Part shown: positions 55,429 to 64,000 of the stretch, in pieces
Layout: every line of letters begins with the position of its first letter
Numbering within the stretch: position 1 is the stretch's first letter
Assembly: GCA_036172245.1 (NCBI GenBank)
Contig: JAYWIR010000035.1
Span: 1,054,001 to 1,118,000 of the forward strand
From: Raillietiella orientalis
Taxonomy: Eukaryota
Direction: 5' to 3'
DNA length: 64,000 bases
Notes under the pieces: generated by a model
Database searches by the model: none
Told to the model about the DNA's origin: nothing
The model's input: only the letters and a program-made list of their open reading frames with translations
Position numbers and translations under genes: made by a program

Positions 55429-57019
55429 TGACAGTTTTCTATTTATGTTTAGTTGTGTTTGATGCTGTGATCATGCCCACAAGGTTAAATTGAACGTTTA
55501 TTTATTGAATTCACTTTTGTTTCTTACTTTCACTAACTTGTTCATTTATATGAATGTTGCCTGCTCGTTCCCAGGTGTATTTTATTAGGTACTGCCTCCC
55601 AGATTGTAGACTCACACATATATAAATAAAGTAAAATCCTTTTTGTTTATTCACTAGTAAAAGTAATGGAAATAAACTGATGTCAGCATACTTAAGTTTT
55701 TATGAAATTCATTTGAAACACCATGTGACTATCGTGATGTGTAACTTTTTCTCACATGTAGTTATTATATGATGGAATGTTTGAAAATGCGAGTTGCAAA
55801 TGAAAATTGGAAAAAAAAAAAATAAAACTGATAAATTTGTTTGCTATATTGTTGCTGACACAATATTGTTGCTGTAACTCACTTTGTTAATGATGGAAAA
55901 TGTTTTCTGTGTCTCCAGTCTATAATGTTTTACTGATTGTAACAAAAGTTAACAATAAAGGTAGAATTGTATTTCCATTGAGTTTGCAAAGAATAGAAAC
56001 GTGTTTAGCACCACTAGACAAATGAAGTTGTAAGGTTTTCTCGACGAGAGTAGCCCGATTAGTGATTTCTTCCCAGCCCTTGTTGGTAAAGTAAAATCAA
56101 AGACTCCATTCATGAATATATGAATGTTGGAAAATGCGGTGGTTTGCAGCCCGAGCTTGCCACATTGGAGGAAAAAATCATGAGTAAATATTGCCAATGT
56201 TCTGTCGAGGATTTCTAGGTTGGAACATTTTTTATCTGATTGTGCTACTTGCGTGGATATGGGTCAGACGCGGAAATACAGCACACGATAAGTTCAAACT
56301 TTTGAAAGAGTACCCTTGAATGGAGAAAGACTGGTAATTTTGGAACTTTCAAGAAATTTACTCCCTTATTTTATAATCTGTCGGGCAACCGACGCTTGCG
56401 AAACATTGTATAGTTTATTGATGTCTACAATGTATTGGCTACATAAAAGGCACTTTCTAGAAAAAAATTGTATTTGTCATATAAAAACCATATTTGTTAA
56501 ACAGCAGTGGTGTATACTTTCCCGAGTCCTAACAAACAATATAAAAAGCAGCAAGTTGCGCCGCGTACTTTACTTGGGATCAAACCGAGTAACACTTTTT
56601 GTTAATTTGTAAGAATCTTTTCTCATACTACGATGTTTTGGTATGTGCCTCGTGCGTTTGTCTGTGTATGCGTATCACAGTGTGTTTTTCGTTCTACATT
56701 GCCAGTGTTGCTACAATATTATTTCCAGACGTTACAGTTTGTGTGACGAATTCCTAGCTAGGCATTTGCATTATAATTTCGTTTTCGGACTCTTGCGATG
56801 GTGTAACACTGATGGACGGGTCATTTTTGTGCAACCGCAGCAGTAATAGATGGTTAGGTGTTCGTATTTAATTCCGATGAGCTGATTGGAAGAGTGAGTT
56901 TCACCTGTCTACGAAGTGTAGAATTCGGAAAGACAGAAAGGGGAAAAAAATCAGGTTATGACGGTGCAGGTTTTTAAAAAGAAAGTCAAATATATATTGA
57001 AACCAAACAAAAGGCATGT

Positions 57020-57460
57020 TTTCCCCGTCACAGTTTAACTTAGTGCTCCCGCTGCTAGCAAATTCTACTACTGCAGCATCGAACCAAGTACCATTTGGTT
57101 CCATGGTAACCACTAGTTTGATGAGCAACAGAATCCACACTGTTTTGAGAAGCATAGGCCAAGAGCTAACTCCTTTTGCCATTCTCAGTCGAACAGGGTG
57201 ATTTTTCATTACCTTTTGGAGCATGATGGTTTTTGCACTTTCAGAAACATTTGCAATAAGCAGTTAATCATGATTGTATATTCGTGATTCGAACTCCAGA
57301 GGAGTGGGAAGCCTTCCCCCACGAGTTGCAGGCCTGCACTTGGTGTATTGAGTACCGTTCTCGTTGAAATGAATCTTCATAACTATAGAAACAACAGTAG
57401 TTGAATTGGTTATCAGGCTTTCCCCACAGCCATTTAGGACGATGGGCCCATAGATGTCAG
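57020..57460 (-). mobile_element. Decayed non-LTR RT fragment (R2/NeSL/R4- or RTE-like)
   Basis: Minus-strand LNGCGESLIT (cf. GC.EHL), then PVRLRMAKGVSSWPMLLKTVWILLLIKL...NG...VVEFA (cf. GV.QG.PLSP.LF...LD.LL..L...LAFADD). Confidence 0.35.
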
Positions 57461-60355
57461 TTTCCCATATACCCAGATTCGCCGTGCAGCTAATGTAAAG
57501 TAGACGCTGTCACCTTGATTTCTCTCTCTAGGCCAGCAAAGCACAAACTGTCAGCCACTTTTACACACTACATTATGGCCTCGCTGCAAGCCATCCACAT
57601 AAGTAGCAAAAGCAACCCGACTGATCTTTCTTTGAAGGTGCCTCAGCTGAGATGAGCAGCTGGAGTGAACCAAGCAGCTAAGGGCTTAAGATGTGCGACT
57701 GCTCTTTGTTCACAGAGTAATTTACTTCTCCTAGTTTCTTTTTAGACTCTAGACTTTTAAAAATGTTTCCATACGAAAGCTGCGCTGGAAAAGCTACGAA
57801 AAATTAGGCTCGTAGACAAGCACAAAGAGGGAAGGGGTTATCACACTTCAAAAATTCACAAGACATTTGTACCAGTGACCACGATCAATTTTTCTGCAGT
57901 TAGGGAGAGAGTAGAAACCAACAGGAAACAAATTCCTGATTAATAACTAATGAAGGTTCTAAGCACAGTAGTTGGTTTTCTCGTTTGGAAATCCAATATT
58001 TAGGATCTTCAAGAAGCTATAGTTCTTGCAGTCGCATTGGGATAGCCGTTGAGCATGCATACTTCAGAGGGCAAAAAGAGCTGCCTGACTCAGTAATTTT
58101 TTTTTTCCCCTTTCAAAAGATGAAGTGTCTTCTGGAACAGAAGTGTAAAAACACGCAAAAAAAAATAATCACGTGTGACTCAATGCCATTCGTTTATGAA
58201 AACTTTCTTGGTGAGATAGTTTTCTTTAGATTAAGTATAGCTACAGTAAGATGATTTCGTGTTATAAGAGCGAAATTCATTGAGGTAGAGAAAATTCTTT
58301 ATAGCAAGAATTCAGCTGAAGGGTGAATGAAGGAAAACTCATTTATTACCGCCCACGTAAGTAGATCTGCGATTAACCATCAGGACATCTTACCTTCTGG
58401 ACCAAAGGTTGATTTTATCGAGTTTCGAGAAAGGGTTTATGAAGAAGAGTAGTGTTCGTTAAATTTAAGGAACGAAAGTGTTCGACATTTCCCGAGTCCT
58501 AAGTCCGTGTTTGAGGGAAGCGGGTTGCTATTTAGCTATAAAGTACAAATGATCAAACTTTGGATCACAGAAGAGCTTTTGCTGGTTTGAAGGAGTTCTT
58601 CAGGTGGCATACAAAGATTTCCTTTTAAATTCAATCAAACGTGAATCTCTTCCCTCCTGCTGAAACGGGATGTTGTTCTCTAAGCTTTTCCTCGTGATGT
58701 TTTTTCCTTGCGCATGTTGTGTTGTGTTGAATTTGACGGTCGTTTCCAAGAGGTCCGCACGGCGAACAGCTTAGTGTTGCCCTGTTGTAGGGCCGTTCCC
58801 TCCCGATGTCTTTCTGTGTCCTAATCTGCTTCAAAAGAAACACAAATCAATGGTCCTGCTTGTCTTTACTCGAGGAACTTTAAGCACTTCGTTTCCTCCC
58901 AGGACTGATGTGCTCCGTTTGTGCTTTCCAGACGGTATGTTTTGTTCCGTTGTCATCTTGGTTTCACGTGGACTCACGTTCATTCCCGTAACCTGGAGAC
59001 ATCCATCCGTTCAGTAGCCTCGATTCTAATCAAACGAAGAACGCATCCATTGGCGGCTTCGGATCCCAGAATTGAAGCTGCCGTTCGGGAGAATCTTTAT
59101 GAAAGAAGGTTCGCATCCATTGCCATCCGCCTTACACAAGGAAGCGAACTACAGCGGAGGTGCGAGTTGGTGGGGACACCACAGATTCCATCGTTGGTTC
59201 CCAAGTAAATCTTCTTGACAACGAAACGGGGGTTAGTGGCATCTTGTGTGTTTCCGAGCGCGAGAAGCTGCGTGCATGGCAGACGAGATCCAAACTGCTG
59301 CGGGCAGGAGGCTAGACAGTTGTATTCTGCTGAAAGCAACATCCGAACGGAGCACCTTTCTTGTTTGGGAATTTCCACCCGGCTCATGCACAGGTCAGCT
59401 CAGGGCTAGAAACGGAAATCCTCCCGTTCCGCGCATACCCGTCCCTACTCTACCAAGCACACTCATTCTTTGCTCTCGTCCCCGCTGCTTGACCGAGCGG
59501 TCTGTCGTCTGCGAGAAGCTCCTACTTTGAGACCCTACACTTTCCTCGGATCAAAACAACCGCTCTTTGTTTGTTTGTTGCGCTTCTCTTTCTTCAAACG
59601 ATATTCGGCGAGGTTTTGCATGCGCTCCATGAATCCCAGACTATCACAGCCACGCCAGGAATTTGGATACTTCCTGGATCCTTGGATGAAAAGAAACGTG
59701 AAATGTGACAGGCTCAGCCTTTTGAAAGTTCTTTCGAAATGACGTTTTAACCTCCCCCCCCCCTTTTTTTCCTTTTTTTTTTCAAAAAAAAAAAGCTTTT
59801 TTGACTTTGACCTCGTCGTTTCTTTTTTTTTTTTTTTTACTGTTTGCTGCAGGATGTTGAAGGATTCCGTTATAAATTATTAACGGATCTCAGGCTGCAT
59901 GATCTCTGATGTTTGTCTGTATCCAAACAACAACAAAAAAAAAGGAAAGGCCATTGGAATGTTGCCAATAAGCTCCAGAGTCCTTCGTCAAACACCCTAT
60001 AAGTACAAAACAGTTCTGGATGATTTATTATGCACGGTACGGCTTTGTTCTTCCTGGACTGCATTGAGAGGAGCGAAGGGGGGGAACGGGGAATGTCCTG
60101 TGTTTTGGATGAGCATGCACTCTTAGCAGTTCCCTGGATCGATGCACGGATGCACGGAATCGGCTGGCTGCCTCGATATCGCTTGGAGTTCGGAGGCGAG
60201 GCGCTTGATCTGCTTCAACTGGTGGTGACATCCGAGAGCCCTTCTTATCACCTGTATTCCTCTTTGACGCTGGGGAGAAATCGGTCAGCGGAAGCGCACC
60301 TGGGAACACGAGAAGGGGTGTGATCTGCGAGTTCCACGTGCGTCCATCCACTTAC

Positions 60356-60597
60356 CTTTCCACGTACATGCTGTAATACGCTGGCGCCGAGTTGGACCTC
60401 TGGCTGAGGGCTTTCCTTTTGAAAGGGTGCTGGAAGGAGTGCTTCCTCAACATGCTCTTCACAAGGATAAGGGTATCCAGCTTGGGGATGGACCGCACGC
60501 ATTGGGCGATGTCCTCCTCGCTGATTTCGATGAGAACGCAGTTCTCCTCCGTGCTGGGCAGCGTATGCTTCCCGTGTTGCGTTGTCCAGGGGTGAAC
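60356..60597 (-). CDS. CAMKK: C-terminal exon of calcium/calmodulin-dependent protein kinase kinase (autoinhibitory / CaM-binding region); upstream exons not found in the window
   Basis: CAG| VHPWTTQHGKHTLPSTEENCVLIEISEEDIAQCVRSIPKLDTLILVKSMLRKHSFQHPFKRKALSQRSNSAPAYYSMYVE |GTAAGT matches the CaMKK motif 'HPW...LPSEEENC.LVEV.EEEV...V..IP.L.T.ILVK.M.RKRSF.NPF...RS.SAP'. Confidence 0.9.
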
Positions 60598-63500
60598 CTG
60601 GTCAGAGGGCGAGCTGGTTTTGTTTCGTCAGAACCTTACAGACACTCCCCCTCTTGCGGTCGGTTGCGGTAGAGCCCTCTGCCTCTTTCTCTTGCACTCC
60701 CACAGTATTCGGTTCAACACGCTCGCGCGTAGGGAAGACCGTGCAGGCTGCCGTCCAGTGCTCGTTTGCCTGCGAAGCGCGCTCCAGGCATCGGGCCGGC
60801 CCTTCTTTTCGCAACTGCAGAGGTAGATAGGGCCCATTTTCTCGAAAACAGCATGGGGACGATCTTCACCGCTTGTGGGAGGAAAGAAAGTAGCGCATCG
60901 CGGGACCAGAGAAGTCCTCGTGCCGGAAGGTGTGCCTCGGCAAAGTGGTCGCCTCTGAGAAGCATTCGTTCTGCGAACGGAAAGACACCTTCGCTTAGCT
61001 GGCCATAGGGTCCCGCATGTCTGGATGTCCCTGCCACTCTCTCCGTAAAAGCGTGTATGAGCCAGCAGCGTGCGGGTTTTTGCTGAAAGCAAGAAAGAGA
61101 GGTCAGCAATGGACCGTTCTTGGGACAGGTTGTTTGCGGATGCTCTCGGCGCCGGATGATAACGAAAATGTCCAACTGATTACTGAAGCCGGATCCTACT
61201 GGTCGTGGTGGTGGAGGTGGTGGAGTGGGAGATTAAAAGTGCAGTGAGGAGTTACTTCGGACCTACTTTTTCAGGATGGGAACCGCACCTACCTCGGCGT
61301 GCCCTCAAGAACGCACCTTTCTTTTCCCGAAGACATGGGAAAGTTCTCGAGATGAAAGCACAACTGAAATAGGTGAACACCGGAAAGGACGGAGAGGATG
61401 TGTTGTATCTGTGTTCTGTCGCTACGACGTCGGGAGGTCATCTCCTGGACTCCCTCAGGCTCAGTCACTGATGATTGCTGCAGCGAATAAAGTCGCGCCC
61501 GTTCTCCGGTGAACAAATGAGTGGCATCCCCGGGCCAGAGGGAACAGGGAACAAGATGTGGAGTACGCCAATGGGCAGAATGCGTATAGGCCTTCAAGGC
61601 TGGCTAACAAGGGAGCGGGAGCGAAAGAGGGAAGCACGCTTGCTCGTGCTGTTCCCCTTCCCTGACGCGCGAGTGTCGTTGAAGGATCAGGATGCCCCCA
61701 TCTCTGCGCACTCCATCCTAGTGAAGCCCTTCTTGTGGTTCCGCCCAAGTGAATCGCAGGGATTAATCCTTATTTCTCGCTAGGTAAGGATGTGCATCTT
61801 GCGAAGGTTGCTGAATCGATCTGGACCGAGGAACTCCGAACTCTCTGCTGCCAAACGAGAGAAAAGGGGAAAGGAAAAAGTCAAAGATGTAACGGGAGTG
61901 AGGGGAGGAGGAGGCAAGGATGGAGAAAGAAAGAACTGTATTTGCTTCAAGGGAAACGAGAGCTTTTGCTAGAGGGGGCTTCCGTGTCAAGCGGATGCCC
62001 CGGCGCCGCCACCTACGGAGACAATAGCGCTCGAAGCATTCGCCGGCAGATTCGAAGAGAGGAGCACCATGGGATTGCATCTCATCTGCAGGGGAAGAAG
62101 GGGATTCCCAGATACCGGGACAGAGAGGGGAGCAGTGTTTCGCGAGCGAGCTATCGAGATTCCTGAAGACTCAGTCTCTTTCAAATTTATGCTCGCATTT
62201 CTTTTGGCGCCGCGCCTTTGCCCATTGAACGGCAGTGAAATAGGAGCTGAGGAAATCCGTGCCGTCAGTTCCGGAGGTAGTAAAAGAACACGACAAATCT
62301 CGGAGGGATCTCCTCGACGACGACGTGATGGTTATTGGTAGCGTCGCGCAGGCTGCGCGTGATAAACACGACTTGTTCAAAATGCACAACGAAGAAGGAT
62401 GAAACAGGGGATGACAGCTTGATTCTGACGATAGGATGAGCGGAAACCGGGACGATCCGTTCCGTTTTTCCCTGCACGCGGGAGGGGGGGGAGACACATC
62501 AAAAGTGGCTGCAGACGAAAAGCAGCACCCTCGCTGGAGGTCCTCAGCCCACACAGCACTGAAGACCCAAGAAAGATCTATTCTGGTGAGCAGGCCGATG
62601 GTTGGAGTATCCCCACGCGCTACGCAGCAGATCCGGATCGCAGGACTCTGTTCCGCAGGCCGTCGGACACACAGCAATGGTCAGCGCCGCGTAGTTCTTT
62701 CCTTTTCTTTGCTATCCTTGCAACTGGAACCATCGCAAAAAGCTGATAGGAGTCATACGGTTTCACCGGGTGACGAAGGGCACGTGCGTGCGCAGCGAAA
62801 CTCCACGGTCGGGCGACTCGTCTCGAGAGGGACGCTCGTCTTGGGCCTGCCAAGGCTGCAAGAACGAGCACGGCTTCATTACGGTTGGTGGCTGAGGCGA
62901 GAACGCTCCTCTCCCCCTCTACTCCTCTTTCATGCCTTGCCGTACACGTGCTCTTCCGCTTCCGTCGGAACTACTGGCGTGGACGGGTGCATTTTATCAC
63001 CCACATGGGATTGGCAGCTCCAGACGATTTCCGGCGCGCAGCTCCCCGCCAGTATCTCCCGCCATCCGCTCGTCAAAGAAATCTTCACGAGCGGATCTTC
63101 TGGCCCTGCCCCGAGTCCAATCTCTGCTGGAGACGCTGTCTTATCTCGAAGAGCGCCGCCGTCTGCGTTCCGGAGATCCTAGTCAGCGTGTGACGGTCAC
63201 CTCCCGAGCAGAGGCGCACCAGCAGACGCCCGTCCGTGGCGGTTTCGGGTCGAGGGAGAACGCAAAAAGCACCGGCGAGAGCTGTCGCCCACTTCCTGGA
63301 AGTTCCGGGACGTGTCCACTTTCTACCGCTTAGGTGTCGGGAAGGGGATGCCTCCAGCAGGGTGCCATTAGCCAACGGGAGAAAGAAAGGCAACTTCCCA
63401 GTCAGTTACTCGGTTGCAGCCCGTAGTTACTGCAATGGCGCTTGTGTAAGGGAACACCGAAGGGAACCTCCTCCTTGATGTCCTGGAAGGACCCAGGACG

Positions 63501-64000
63501 GTAGTCAACTTTCAATCCCGGCCAGTCAACGGGGTTTCCACTAGTTTTCCATTCAGGCCAACCAGAGTCATCTCGCAGGGGAGACTGGAAACTCACAACG
63601 TACCATTTCTCGGCGTCGATCCTACCCGGAACTCACGGTATCACGAGGGGAGACCGCAACCACATGGCCCCAGGAGTTTTTAAAAGTTAAGGTTAGCATG
63701 GCGGTCAGAGAGCTTCCAAAGTTTGTGGCTCCAAGGAGCCGCACGTCCCGGGTGGATGCGCACCCACATGCATCGGAAAGTGGATTTCTGCAGTAAGCTC
63801 AGAGCCCGCGGTGGCTCTGCAAAGGTCAAGGCAACAGGAGTCCGTCGTCAAGGGTGACGCAAAGCTTCAGAAGGTCGCATTTTCACCCTCACAATAAGAT
63901 GAAGGCGGGAAAGCGAAGAAACCGTCAAGGTGAAGCAGATGGGCAATCGGGAAGTGAGGTCGAAATCGAGCTCTCGGGGTATTCGCATGGTGGCACCTCA

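Noticed and set aside
60600..63600. Many overlapping 60-250 aa ORFs, e.g. 62436-63182
   Set aside because: No recognisable domains, and long ORFs are expected in GC-rich DNA; probably CaMKK intron.

Overview
Invertebrate animal genomic DNA (taxon not determinable from the window) with AT-rich, compact host genes whose introns are mostly 41-56 nt, separated by a graveyard of decayed transposons. Host genes: SRBD1/Tex-like S1 RNA-binding protein (+, 13684-17044), an intronless 7-finger C2H2 gene (+, 19317-19991), PPIL3 cyclophilin (+, 20320-21652), an RPUSD4-like RluA pseudouridine synthase with a freshly triplicated exon+intron unit (-, 39786-42364), PP1 catalytic subunit (+, 49612-55346) and a C-terminal CaMKK exon (-, 60356-60597) absent from the ORF track. 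The most striking locus is 30060-33220. There, the 3' end of a Tx1/L1-clade retrotransposon (zf-RVT, 3' UTR, A5 tail) runs directly into ~160 nt of 18S rRNA at AAATT|A|CCCAC, followed by an inverted Tx1-type ORF1 (three CCHC knuckles) with a densely base-paired leader and no early AUG. I infer this is a dispersed relic of an 18S-rDNA-targeting Tx1 family. All homology calls come from motif recognition by eye; no searches were run.
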